Source: Camelus ferus (lineage: Eukaryota). Taken from it: DNA of 64,000 nt. Shown piece by piece: positions 49,495-62,570 of the stretch. The translations under genes and the position numbers were made by a program. Location of the stretch: contig NC_045697.1 of the NCBI RefSeq assembly GCF_009834535.1, forward strand, positions 1,304,001 through 1,368,000, written 5' to 3'. The notes below the pieces were generated by a model. The model was not told the DNA's origin. It did no database searches and was given only the letters and a program-made list of their open reading frames with translations. Every line of letters begins with the position of its first letter. Within the stretch, counting starts at the first letter, position 1.

Positions 49495-51719
49495 GGAAGA
49501 GACAGGAGTGACTCCCCGGAGCGTCCCAGGAAGCCACCACTGAGAGCCCTACGACCTGCCCAGCTGGCCTTTCTGTTCCCTGGGGTTTCTTGGGAGAAGG
49601 GCTCTGAAGAAAACACACTTAGGAAACTGAAAGCCACTGCTGCTGCTGAGATGTCCTCTGGACACTGATGGCATTTAGGTGAAGGGCTCAGGGCTCCACT
49701 TCCCGGGGTCCAACCCAGAGGAGCCCTCAGGGCATGTGCCGAGGCCGGCCAGACACCCTCTTGTCTTGAGGTCTGTGTGCCACACACCCTGCTATACCAT
49801 CTCCTCTCCCCTCTCCACAGCCCTGGGCGTGATGCCATACCAGCCTCATCTGGGGCACAGGAAGCTGGGGCCCAGAGAGGCCAAGCCCCTGGTCAAGGTC
49901 ACACAGAAGCACGTGGTGCAGCCCCGGCCACGCCGTTCACCTTCATCCTTCTTAAATAAGCTGACAGTGATGAGTCACCATAAAACTCAACTTAGTCCTT
50001 TACAGCTGCTCCCAGTGCACTACCAACAGCAGCTCCTCAGCAGGCGGGTGCGGGGGGTGCCAAGCAGAGAGAAGCAGGGGTGGCTGCTTAATGGGTGCAG
50101 GGTCTCCCTGGGGTGGTCCTGGAGCAAGACGGAGGTGGAGGCTGCACCACACTGTGAAGAACTAAACGCCACTGGGTTGTTCAGTTGATTTTATGTTACC
50201 TGTATTTTACCTTAATTTATTATTATTTTTAAAAGGAGCACCCTGAGAGGTGAACGCAGCCCCTTGGCATCATGCGCCCAGGGGGGACGCCCCCCCACAG
50301 CCAGCAGCCCACACTCGGCACACCCACCGAACTCTGCAGACCTCTGCCTTCTCCCCTAAACGAGGGGTTCCGGGGGAGCGCCAGACTATGGCCAGACTAT
50401 GAATCGAATGCTTAAGTACATCCTACACTGGGAACAAAGACCATTAAAAATGGGCTGAAAAGTGTAAAATAGGACTCTCAAAAACCTCCATGAAGTTCAC
50501 ATTATTATTAATTTTTTAATCAGAGTTACCATGTGTGTAATTTGGGAGTGTGGCTGTTCAAAGCCAGTATTCCTAAGCAAGTCGGGATAGGTCTATCCTT
50601 TCAGGGAACGAGAACGCAGTGTGGCCGAGGACCACACCGCTGCCTCTCACTGACCTTCCCTCTCACAGAGTCACTCAGACGCAACAAAATCTCACCGTGC
50701 ACAAGGCATCATTTACACCCTTCCTCCCCCTTCCCTTAATTCCTCATGTGACTCAAAGCAAACACTGTCAAAGGAAGCGTCATCCATCTCATGTCACCCC
50801 ACCCCCTTGCTCCCACCCAACACTGCGCTGACGCCGCGGAGAAGCCAACTTCAGCCGTGAGTTTAGGAGGAACAGCCCAGAACACCCCGCAGCCAGGAGG
50901 CACTTGCAGAGATGAGGCGACCAGTCGCCCCTGGAGTTCCCAGGAAAGAAAAGGCTTTATCCCTTTCCGGATCCAGACAAAACAAACAGGGTCTTTTGCT
51001 CCTGCCTTGGAAGGAAGCAAGATTGTAACGCTCTCCCTAAAAAGGCCAAAGCCTGTGTCCTTCTTGCCACCAAAGTTGTCCTCCCGACCATGTGGGTTGA
51101 TGGGGTCTCGCCTGCAGAGCCCGAGGAGACGGGGCAGCTCCCCAGGCTGTGGGCAGGCACCCCGACCTGCACAGCCCCGCTGCAGAGAAGGCCCCCCTTC
51201 ACCATGTCCTCTGCACACAGAACCCTGCCTTCCCCTTGCTAACCACCGGGCCACCGACCAAGCTCGCGCTGTTTCACACGTGAAACGGGGGGAGACGGCT
51301 GCTTCTCAACTACGCGCAGGAGTTCCGCACCGTGCAGTAAGCGCCCAGGAGCCCCCCCAGCATGCAGGTAGAAGCCGGGGGTCCACGCCCCGTCGCCCGC
51401 CTCCGCACGCAGCTGCCTGCACCCCGGACGCTGGTTCACATGCCCCTTTAACACAGCGTGGCTGCTGCCATATGGACTCCTAAAATGTATTTCTGGTTGT
51501 TTTTAACACTATAAAAAGGACATCACACATATGTGATATTTTGAGACTGGTTTTGATTTGTCACATCCTGCGCGCTCCGTGGACAATGCCAAGGTGGCCC
51601 TGCGTGCGGAGCCAGCCCCGCAGGGTGTTCAGCGTGCCCCACAGAGGCACCGCATTCTTTCAGGTTTTGCTGTGCAAGCAGAGCTTCCAGTCGGCTCCCC
51701 CGCGTCCCCGCTGTGTGTG

Positions 51720-52160
51720 CGCTCGGCCTGGGAGCCATGCTGCTCTCACCAAGCGCCACAAACCTCGTGGCTTAAAACAACAGACGCATCTTAAAGTTAC
51801 AGCACAGGCCTCACGGGCTGAGGTCAGGCGTCCGGGGGCTGATCCTTCCTTGCCTTTTCCAGCTTCGGGAGACTTCACTCCTCCCGCCCCGAGGCCCCCT
51901 CCTTCATCTCCGAGGCGGGCGACGCACGCCTCCCAGACCTTCTTCCGCAGTCACAGCTCCCTCTGCTTTCGGCCCCATTCCACTGTCGATGATCCTGTGG
52001 TGATGCAGGGCCCACGGATAATCAGGGATCTACTCACTGTTTTCAGGTCAGCTGATTAGCTGCCTGGCTCCACTTGCAACCTGGGTGCCACCTGGGCCCG
52101 GAACCTCAGATTCTCACCGGCTCCGGGACCAGGACGTGGACATCTAGCGGGTCGCAGATC
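51720..52160 (-). mobile_element. MaLR LTR (MLT1-like) remnant
   Basis: ccacaaacctcgtggcttaaaacaacag, ttgccttttccagcttc, gggcccacggataatcagg and ggtcagctgattagc. Confidence 0.75.
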
Positions 52161-53499
52161 CCAGGGCTGGAGGATGTCTTTGCATGGCCAGCAGGATGGG
52201 GTGAGGTGGCATCTCGCTGTGGACATAAATTGCAGCTCCAGGACCCTTGGCACGGAGTTTCCCTTCCCCTGATGGCTGACCACATGAGCAGGGTCACAAC
52301 CTGGGCGCGGGTCCCACTGGCTCCAGCTGTGCACAGGGGCCCTGAACACATCGACACCGTCTTTCTAACAAAGGCGAGCATTTCCAGCTCAAGGTCCCCA
52401 GCCGGCTTCTGGGCGGCGGCACACGGGGTCTGCAGTCGGGGACAGTCACACGCTGGGTGCACATACTTCAGTCAGTGTTTTAGTCCAAGGTGTCCTGGCT
52501 CCACCATCAGCTGTGGTGCCAGCAGGTGGGCACTGTCCCCCATCTCCCGCTGGCCCAGCACCCACCTCGGTGGGTGACGCAGAGTGGGTGCTCTGCAGGA
52601 AACTGGTCAGCAGAAGATGAGGAAGTCTCTTCCACACCAAGGGCAAGGCCAGACGTCATGACCCCTCTGACCTTCCCATGAAAAACCCCACCTCCCCCAG
52701 CGGGAGAAGGGCCCATCTTCTCCCCTAGAAATGAGACGAACCGAAGCGGGTACAGCACAGGCTCCTGGTGTGAAGCCCTGTGCTCAAGGGCTGAAAAGAC
52801 CCAAGTCGAGGGAGTTAGTCATCATCCTCCCGTCAGCCTGAGACCCGAGTTCCTGCCTGCCCGATCCCGCCAGAGTCACGCCAGCACCGGCCCTCAGGGA
52901 CCGCCACGGCACCCTTCACAGGCGCAGGCCCTCTCCAGAAAGAGCAGCAGCTCCTGGTCGCTACCTTCTTCGGCCTAGATTCCCAAAGGCTAGCAGGAGA
53001 GGGACGCGGACACGACGCACCTGGCGTGGCATGACAGCCGCTGGCCTTGCTGCTTGTTTTCCAAGACCAGACGACAGGGCGAAAACGCAAAAGGAAGCCT
53101 TTTTTTAACCCCTTGATCCGTGGCTCCCGGTGAAGCAGCCTCACCCCCAGCTCCCTGCAGGCTCCGCTGGGCGGAGGGGCAGCGCAGGCGCTTGCGTGGG
53201 CCTCTGCGGGCCCGGCACCCGCACCCAGACCCAGGGCTCCCACGGATGGCGGCCCCTCGCATGGGGCTGGACCCTCGTCTTCGATTCGGGGGCAGGAAAC
53301 AGGGCGTTCAGGCTCATCCCAGCCCGCTCTTCCACAGCCAAGGTCACCAAGAGCACTAGGCCAGAGAAGCCAGCCAGACCCCACTCCGCAGTGCGGCCCC
53401 CGTGAGGGAACGTACATCACAGAAGGATCAGTGGCCCAGAACAGGGAGCAGGACCCGGAGGGCACCGCAGGGAGGGCGAAGGGCGGAGAGCAGAGCAGA

Positions 53500-53679
53500 G
53501 CTGGCTCTCAGGCTGCACTGCTCGTGGGGGGCGGCGACCCCCTGTACTGTGGGCTGGGAGTGGCACCCCTGGAGGCCAGTAGAACACCCCTCTCCAAGCT
53601 GTGACAACCGAAAATGTCTCCAGACATCACCAAACGTCCCTAAGGGTCAAAGTCGCTCCCGGATTAGAGAGAACCACGG
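53500..53679 (-). mobile_element. MER20 (hAT-Charlie) remnant
   Basis: tgtgacaaccgaaaatgtctccagacatcaccaaacgtccc...gagaaccac matches the reverse-complemented MER20 consensus as recalled. Confidence 0.8.
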
Positions 53680-54089
53680 ATTAGAGGGAAAACAGGCATC
53701 TCCAAAGAGGCGGGGTTACCTGGGGGGCCTGACCAGGGAGGAGCTGCCGGCAGAGGGCACCCGGGGTGGTGGGTGTCTGAGGAACGGCTGGGAGCCCCAT
53801 GGGGCTGCAGCGGGAAGTGGGGGAGGGGACAGAGGTCAAAGGAGGTACGTGACCTTGGAGTGCCTCGGGTTTTACTCTGGCTTAGATGGGGGTCCCAGGG
53901 TTCTGAGCAGAGTCATGAGATCAGAACTGTGTGTTAGAGGATTCCGGTTGCTGTGCTGAGAACAGCCCGGGGTGGGTGGGGGCAAGGGCGGAAGGAGGGA
54001 AACCAGTCAGGGGCTCCTGAAATGACCCAGAGCGAGAAGATGGCTTGGGAAGAAGGGAGGCGTCAGAGGGGGTCATCTCCCAGAAACAT

Positions 54090-54550
54090 TCTTTATTACT
54101 TATTATTTTAAATTGCAGTAACATACACATAACAAAAACCCCACATTTTCACCACTTTAAAGTATGTAGTTCAGTGGCGTTAAGTACATCCATGTTGTGC
54201 AGCTAACACCACCACCCGTGCGCAGGGCTCTTTTCATCTTGCAAAACTGAAACCCTGTCCCCACTAACCAGTAACTCCCTGCCCCCCTCCACCGCACCCC
54301 AGCACCCACCATACTGTTTTCTGCCTCAAGGACTTTGGCTGCTCTGAGCACCTCGTGTCAGTGGGGTCCTGCAGGATCCATTCTCTTGTGACTGGTTCCC
54401 TTCCCTCAGCAGAATGGCCTCAAGGTTCATCCACGTTGTAGCAGGTGTCAGAATGTCCCCCTTTTTTAAGGCTGAATCATGTGTGTACATACCTCATTTT
54501 GCCACCCATCTGACCACCAGTGGACACTTGGAATAAGGCTGCTGTGAAAC
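54090..54550 (-). mobile_element. L1MB-like 3' end
   Basis: ttcagtggcgttaagtacatccatgttgtgc, ttcatcttgcaaaactgaaaccctg and caaggttcatccacgttgtagc. Confidence 0.85.
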
Positions 54551-55137
54551 GCAGCAGGACATGCCTCTGGGGTTTGCTGCTGGCGGGGACGGACAGCAAG
54601 AAACAGGAGTCAGGCTGATGGCCAGGTGTGGCCTGAGCCCCTGAGGGAACCGAGGCGGGAAGTATGGAGGGGGGCAGACTCACTTCCAGGAGGTGACACG
54701 GAGGTGCGGAGGGAGCAGCGCTGTCAGGGAGGCCAGCACCCCAGGCAGAGGTCAGGGCTGGAGAGACACATGTGAGCGAGGTCAGGGCACTGAGGGCTCA
54801 GAGCCGGACGCCTGTGGGATGGCCTGATACGTAAGGAAAGGAGCAGCCAGTGAGACAGGATGCCAACCCAGAGAGTAGCATCCCAACTCCAGGGGAGACG
54901 TGCTGGGGAGGAGAGGACAGCAGTGGTCCACAGACGGGACCGACAGCGCCGTCTCAGTGCGCTGTCGAGAGAGCTGCCTGTCAGCTCCTTTCAGGACTCT
55001 CAGACCTCACACAGGAGGGCGGTGGCCTCACCGCTGTTCAGACACAGGAGAGGTCACAGCAGGACTCACCTCTAGGGGAAAGATCCGGGACTCTGGGAGA
55101 GCCCAGGACAGGATGGGGACAACCCTGAGCAGGCAAA

Positions 55138-55407
55138 GGGGTGAGGTCCACGAGGAGGGGTGGGGTCCAGTGTACACGGGGGGTGGGGTCCAGTGTACAA
55201 GGGGGTGAGATCCAGTGTACACGGGGGTGAGGTCCAGTGTACACGGGAAGTGATGTCCATTGTACAAGGGGTGTGAGGTCCAGTGTACAAGGGGGGTGAG
55301 GTCCAGTGTACAAGGGGGTGAGATCCAGTGTACACGGGGGGTGAGGGCCAGTGTACACGGGGGGGGGTGATGTCCACGGTACACGGGGAGTGAGGTCCAG
55401 TGCGCAT
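55138..55407. repeat. Minisatellite, ~22-23 bp unit, ~12 copies
   Basis: GGGGGTGAGGTCCAGTGTACA(C/A) tandem units. Confidence 0.93.
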
Positions 55408-55764
55408 GGGAGACAGACCGCCTACAATGATGCACCGAGACCCCCAGCCCTCTGCAGTCAGCCCTCTCCTCCATCTGCAGGTGGTTCCCTCTCCTGGCCC
55501 GGGCTGCCCACTACCTGTAGCCCACACGACTGTGTGAGTCTGGTGGGGCGCCGGCTCTCCTGCACCACGTCACTCTCTTGGACCTCCAGCCCCACCCCAG
55601 AATGAAGCCCAGCACAGACTGCTGAAAGGTGGGAGGCCCTGTTGAGACAGAGGCCCAGCGGTCGCAGCACAGGGGACTCGGAGAGCCTCCCCAAATGAGC
55701 CGACGCCCCACACTTGCGGTGGGAGCGGACTTACTCGGCGACTGCAGCGGGCTGGCCCATCGGG

Positions 55765-56050
55765 CCTTAGTTGGCTGGGGCGGCCGGAACAGAAGACCTC
55801 AGACCTGGGAGTTTAAACAGCAAACATTCACTTGCCACGGTCCTGGAAGCAGGAGTCCAGGGGCAAGGCGCCAGGGTAGGCGGCTCCCAGCGAGGGCCTC
55901 CCCGACCCCGTGCGTCCGGTGGGGGCAGTGCTGTCTGCTGGCTCTCCTTCTAAGGCGGCCACCAGCCTAGGCCAGGGCCCTCCCTCACCGCCTCGCCCTA
56001 AGTCCCTCCTAGAGGCCACGCCTCCCAACAGTGCCACCGCGGGGGTCGGG
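55765..56050 (-). mobile_element. MaLR LTR (MLT1A-like) remnant
   Basis: cagacctgggagtttaaacagcaaacattcacttgccacggtcctggaagcaggagtcca motif. Confidence 0.6.
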
Positions 56051-59000
56051 GGCGCAGCGCCCTCCTAGCCGTCGTCCTGCCGCCCCGTAAGGGCCTCCGA
56101 GAAGCTCCTTTTGCTGCACTTTGTGTGTCGCCACAAACCCGGGCGTCTGGCCTCCCCATGGCTGGGGAGGGGCCCTCGGAGTTGTCCCTAGTTACACACC
56201 CTTTTTTCTTTTTATGGAAAGTTTAAGCTGATCTGTAATGACAGAAAGCAGAGCAGTGCTGGCCTGGCAGGGGGAGGCTGGGGGAGGGGGAGCAGGGCGG
56301 GGCGCCGGGGGGGCCGGGGAACTTCTGGGGTCCACAGTGTCCTCACTGCGGGGACGGTTTCACAGGTGCGTTCAAAGGTCAAAACTAAAACTGTCCGCTT
56401 TAAATACGTGCCGCTTACGGCACAGCGATGCCTGTCAATGGGGTTGTTTGAAAGGTTATTTTTATTGAATGTCTTACTTTCAGTTATTATTGTAGATTCG
56501 TAAGAAACAGGTCAGAGGGGCCCCGTGCACCCTCACCTGCCCCTCAGCGGGGACATCCAGCAAAGCTGCAGACAAGGCGGTAACCAGGACGCTGACGGCG
56601 ACGCAACCTGCCCGGCGCGGCCGTTCCCGGCTTCCTGCACCCACTGGGTGCGCGGTGCTGAGGCTCGTGTCCCCCACCATGATCAAGACCCAAGCACCTC
56701 AAAAAAAATTCTAATTGTGGTAAAATGCACACAACATAAACTTTACCATCCTAACCCTTTTAGGGGTACAGTTTATTGGCATTAAATACCTTATGCCTCA
56801 ATAAAGCCTTTTAAAAGGTTTTTTTTTAAAAAAACGCAGACTGAGTGAGCAGGTGTTGGCTCTGTTCACAGGGCGCTCAGCCACAGTCCCTCTTCCAGGC
56901 CTCGTGGGATGGAGAAGACCCCTGCCGGCTTGCATCTGCTGTTCCCAGACCTCAGTCCCTCTTGGTCAGTGTCACCCCCCAAGACACCTGTTGGTCAGCA
57001 CGTGGTCCAGAGAGGCAGCCCCCCAGGGTCAGCGTCCCCTTTAGAAAGACCTTGGAATGTCACACCTGCAGGGTGTCTGCACAGGGTCACGTGCAGAGGG
57101 GGTGGGAGGTCACGGCATCTCGGACACGCCTGCCCCTTTCTTCCACGCAGGCCCTCAGCCCTGGGCCTCTGCGGGGCGGCCTCAGGGAGTGGCTCTCTAG
57201 GCAGATGGCCTTGTTCTGCGCATCCTGCAGGCCTGGGAGCCGGAGAACATGCCTGAGGACGCTCTTGGCGACTTCCTCCCTCCTGGGAGACGAAGCTGTC
57301 GGGAGGGCAAGTTAGGATCCCGCAGGGTCACAGGGCGGGGTCCCTGCAGCTTTCAGGTCACTCAGCTCTCCCCACACCCTGCTCCCAACCTTTGCCCTCT
57401 GAAACCACTACTTTGGCCAGGAGCCCCAGCACCCAGATTTATCCCCCACGAGACAGTCCCGTGAGGCTGGGTCTCTGCCAAGGCCCCAGCCCAGCGCCTG
57501 GCGCACGGTACCTACCCAGCTAATGTTTGTTGAATGAATAAATGATTACTTTAACTCTGCTGTTCTGAGATGGTTGAGGGCCTCACGGCTTTATTTCATC
57601 ACACCAGACGGCTTACAGGGACACCCACAAGGAAGCCACCTCCCTCCCTCCATCTCTCTCCACAGTGAGACTCCATCCCGTGTGAACGTCTGTGTAGGGT
57701 CCCGACATGAGCTGTACCACTGCAGCTTCTCCTGCTGCCCCCTCACCAGGACAAGAGCTCACAGCAGGACCAGGCCATTGTCTGGACCCCAGCCCAGCTG
57801 AACATGAGCCATGCTGGCTCATGCCCACGGTCACCAGGCCACGTGGAGCTGGGTTCTCCATCACTCAGATTGAAGTTTCCTCAGCGCAAGTGGAAGGACG
57901 CGGGCCAGGCTGGAGCCACTGAGACCCACCATCAGCCACGTCCTCCCCAGAAAAGAGCCCCAGGAAGGTGCCTACAAGCCGCAGTCAGGCACAGTTAGTC
58001 TACATGGGGCCCTCCCCCACGGAGGCTGAGGGGGCCTGTGGGTGCTTTTTGGCCCCTCCACGCAAGTCTGTCGGCTCCTCTGGTGGGCACACAGCCCTGA
58101 GCCCCATGGCTCCAGAGTTTCAGTTGTGCCAAGAACCTTCCAGAGGCCCAGGGAATGACAGCTGCGGTGAGCACATCCTTTTTTTTTTAACTTGAATGCA
58201 CTGAATTCATGTACACGAAGGGCCTGGCCTGTGGGTAAGTACTGTTATATGTTGTTGGTCCACTGAAGAACATCTGGAAGCATCAGGTGACATGAAATGG
58301 CCTCAGAAGTCTGAAATGAGTCCCCTGCCAAAGAAACACTTCTGCGAACTACGTGATGCGCGTGCACACACCCCTAGTCTCATCAGTTCGGCTATTAAAG
58401 CACAGGGGTCCGGGGAGCAGTGATTCTTCAGCAAGCAGGTGTCCCACGTGGCCGGGAGGAGGGCCCAGGGGGCCGGCAGCCACCCCAGCCTTTGCTGGGG
58501 GAGCAGGTCCAAAGCAGTGCGTCCAAGCTGTTTATTTTGATCAACTGATGCCCTGCTTTGTCCACAAGGACCGGAGGTGGCTGCCGTCACATGTGCCCCG
58601 AGAATGGGGCCAAAGGCACCACAGCAGGGCACACACAGAAATGGAAGTGTCACCTGGGGGAAGCAGGCCAGGTGCAGCCCGGGGATGACCTGCCCGGGGA
58701 GGCAGGTGTGCCGTCACGGCCCCTCCCGGCCCCCGGAATCCTGAGCTCCGAATGTGAGGAGGGACTTTCCGTGTGAGGCTTAGTGGTGAGTCCTGTGGGG
58801 AGACAGCTAGTGGGAGGTGAAGGCATGAACCACTCCCTGGGATGCCACCTCCATGGGCCTGGGCTGCAGGGCCCACGAAGGCCCTCGTGGGCACAGACTG
58901 GGTGGCCCACCCCTGGCCCCGGCCGAGGGCTCAGCAAGCGGCCACTGAAGATGACAATGCAGCCCTTTAGCCCCACCAGGACCCCCACCCTCAGGGCCTC

Positions 59001-59229
59001 CCAGAAGCCCCTTTACCGGTGCCAGCAGAGCTGGGGGGGGGGGAGGCTGGGGACCCCTGGGAAAATGGGGAGTGCCGAGGCCAGAAGACAAGGCCAACCC
59101 CGGGGCCGTGGAAGCAGATGGAATGTGCCGAAATTCCTGGCGGACGTTCCTGACCCAGACCCGGCCACCTCTCTGGTCCGTCCTGTGCAGTCTCGCCATC
59201 GGGCTCCATTCCCTGCTCAGCTGCCAGAA

Positions 59230-59558
59230 CCAGGGACACACGCTGCTTCTGTCACCTCTGAGGAGCCTCTGTCCAGGCATCTCTGACCCGCATTGGGGGT
59301 TGCTGGCAACCTTGGTATTCTTTGGCTGTGGAAACATCACCTCGTCTCTGCCTCCACCTTCACACAGTCTCCTCCCTGCGTGTGTCTGTGCTCATGTCCC
59401 CTTTCCAGAAGGACCCCTGTCCTGTGGGCTCAGGGCCCACCCTGATGACAGCATTTTAAGTAGAACTCTGCAAAGATCTATCTCCAAATAAGGTCATGCT
59501 CAAGGGTACAGGGGTTCGGGCTTGAAGTGTCTTTTAGGGGACAAAACCCAACCTACAA
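59230..59558 (-). mobile_element. MaLR LTR (MLT1B/C-like) remnant
   Basis: gttgctggcaaccttggtattctttggc, tctctgcctccaccttcacac and ctgcaaagatctatctccaaataaggtca. Confidence 0.8.
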
Positions 59559-62094
59559 AAGCTGGTCACGCAGATCCTAAAACATCTGGGTGGCACCTGT
59601 GCACCCAGAGCTCTCGGGATCAGGTAGGTCCTTTGTGCCCAAGCCTGCCAGCTGCAGCGCCCTCCTGCCCAGGCCTCCCGACAGCCTTCAGGACCTCCTC
59701 CCACCCCTACCCAAGCGCCCTCGGCCCTGTTCCTGTCCTCCTGAGGACGGGACACTGTGTCCCCGCCACCTGGTTTGCGGGTGCTCAAGACGGCACAGAG
59801 CTCTTGTCTAGGAAGGACGTCACCCAGCTAAAGCCCCAGTGCCCACGCCTGCTACAGGGCAGAAGCTTCTGCCTGAGTAAGAGCCAGTTCTGGCCGGAAT
59901 CCAGGGGACTGTGTCCCCTCCCCAGGACCCAAACTGTCTCAGTGTCCGAGAACCAGCAGACGAAGCCCCAGCCTGCGACAGCTCAGGGGCGACCCCACTC
60001 TCAGCTCAGCCGTGGCCGGCTCCGGGGATCCAGTCACCACCCTGATCCCGGGCCCGCGCTGCTGCGCACAGAGCAGGGTGTGGAATGGCTCTTGAGGAGC
60101 AGCCGGTCACAATGAGGACTCACAGGGCCGGGGGCACTCCCCGTGAGCCCGGGGCTGCTGGGCGGGAGGGCATGGCCCCCTCAGGGGACCACCGGGCCTG
60201 CGAGCTCTGTCTTGGTTGACGAGCATGAAGAAGTAGGGGTCCCATCAGGACACGCTGCTCACCAGGGCTGGGCTCCCAGGACGGCTCTAGGGGGAGACGA
60301 CCCCAGCCAGGGCCGCCCCCTCCATGGCCTGTTCAGAGCGGTGGAGAGGCCACCTTGGAGGGCCAGCCGCCCCCAAGGCCTCGGGGTCTGCTGTTCCCCT
60401 TTGCCCAGGGCCCCCCCCAGAAGGCCTCCTGGAGCCTGCGCGCCCCCTCCCGGCTCCCCATGCGGCGCCCCCTGCCTGCAGCCGGCAGAGGCCGCCCACC
60501 CGCCCCGTGCAGCCCTCCGATGCACTTGCCAGGACCTCTGCAGCTTCACTTCCTGCTTGGCCTGCACTGGGCTTTTGCTCTGCTGCGTTCTCCCCTCCCC
60601 TCCTCCCTGAACTGGAGTGCTTCCATTTTCTTTATTCTTTCTGCCCTCCTGGTCGGGGACTTCCTCACTCTGTAACTGCTCTCCGAGGGCTCACCCTGAG
60701 TTAATTCGCACACTCAGCTCATGGTCTGAAGCGGGCCAGCACCTCCCTCCTCACCCTGAACCGGAACGGCCCGCGGCTCCACAGCCCCACGCGGCCGCGC
60801 GCTGCTGAGCGGGGTGACCACGCCCCTCGTTCTGGAAGCGCCCCTGGACAGGGCCCCCGCGCCTGCAGCCGCCCCCACGCACGCTTCTGACTTCGCTTCT
60901 CGCCTCCCACACCCTCCTCTGACTTTGATTTTCCTTCTGGAGAACGTTTCCCACCTCTCCTCAGCGAGGATTTGGGGGTGTTACTTTCTGGTCTTCGTGT
61001 AAAACTGTCTCCTCTGCGGATGGCAGCCCAGCCGGGCCCAGGACGCCGCGCGGGGCGAGCCCCTCCGTCTGCGAAAGGGCTCCCCCCTGGCCTCCCGTCA
61101 CGTTGCCGGGCTCCGCGGGCGCGCCCAGCACGCTCGGCTCTGCCTGGCCCCTCTGAGCCCGTCTGGGACTTGGTTCCTGAACTCGGGAACACTCTCTGCC
61201 CCAAGCTGACAAAAGTCTCCCCTTCTCTCCGGTCAATCGTGCTGTCAGATGCACTGTGGACATCCTCATCCCGTCCTCTGTGTGCCCAAGCCTCTCAGGC
61301 CGCCTGCGGGGGGACCTCCTCAGCCACCTTCCAGGTCACTGCCCCACCCTCCGCCAACGTCTAACCCATTCCTCGGGGTGGGCTGGTTTTAGCTTTGAGC
61401 TTTTAAACCCGGTGGCGGTCTTTTTCATTTCTGGGAGTTCCACTTGGCTCTTGTTTAAAAAAGGAGTGGTGTTGCCCCACGGTTCCCCCTCCATGTCCTG
61501 GCTGTTGTAAAGGATGGTTCCACTAGCCTTTGCTCTCTGCTGATTCTTGCTCAGGGAGAACCACATTCTCCTGAGTTTGGTAACTTTTTACCGTGAATTC
61601 CACCTCCACGGTGCGGCAGGAGGGCCCCTCTGGGACGGTTTTGCCTTTTATTCGGCCAGGTACCCAGGTGACTCTTAGCACCAACAGGGGGCGAAGTGGA
61701 GTGTAGGTTTCCCCAGCCCCCTGCCACTGGGGGCCTGGCTTTACGTGTGAGTCCCTCCAACCCACCCCACTGGCACTCCTCGCCTGACCCCCCAGACCCC
61801 CACCCAGTCACTGCACCCCCAGCCACCATGGTGAGGACTCCCTAGGACGCAGCATCCCCCATCCCCCACACACCAGGAGAGAGAGCTGACAGCCTGTCCC
61901 CAGACTGGAGGAGGGGCCAGCACTGAGGGACCAAGAAGTGAGGCTGTGTGGCTTCCAGCTAGCCTCAGAACGCCAAGCCCCTTGAGAAATGTGGCCCTGC
62001 ATCTTTCTACTCAGCTGCAAAACATCTTTATCATCTTTATCATCTCAAAAAATTCTACAATTTGTAAAAACATCTCTCCAAAAATGATAAAATC

Positions 62095-62570
62095 CTTTTT
62101 TTAATGGCAGTGGAATTCACACAACATACAATTAACCATTTTAAAGTGTGTAATTCAGTGGTACCTGGTGCATTCACGATGTCGTCCAACCATCGCCAGT
62201 CCCCAGTTTGAAAACTTTCTCATTGCCCCTAAAAAGAAACCCCATGCCTTTTTGCTATCATTCCTCATTCCCCTCCCCCCACCCCAGCAGCCACTGGTGT
62301 ATTTCCTGTCTCTGTGGATTTGCCAATTCTGGACATTTCACATAAATGGAATCACACTCTATTTGTCCTTTCGTGTCTGACTTCTTCACACTTAGCATCA
62401 TGTTTTCAAGGCTCATCCACGTTGAAAAGTATATATAGCATCCTTTTCATGGCTGAATAGTACTCCATCGTGTGCACAGACCCCATTTTTTTTACCGGTT
62501 CACTGTTGATGGACATTTGGGCTGTGCCCACCTTCTGGTTATTCACATTGCTATGAATGTGGGTCTTCAA
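62095..62570 (-). mobile_element. L1MB-like 3' end
   Basis: acaacatacaattaaccattttaaagtgtgtaattcagtgg and ttctggacatttcacataaatggaatcacac. Confidence 0.88.
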
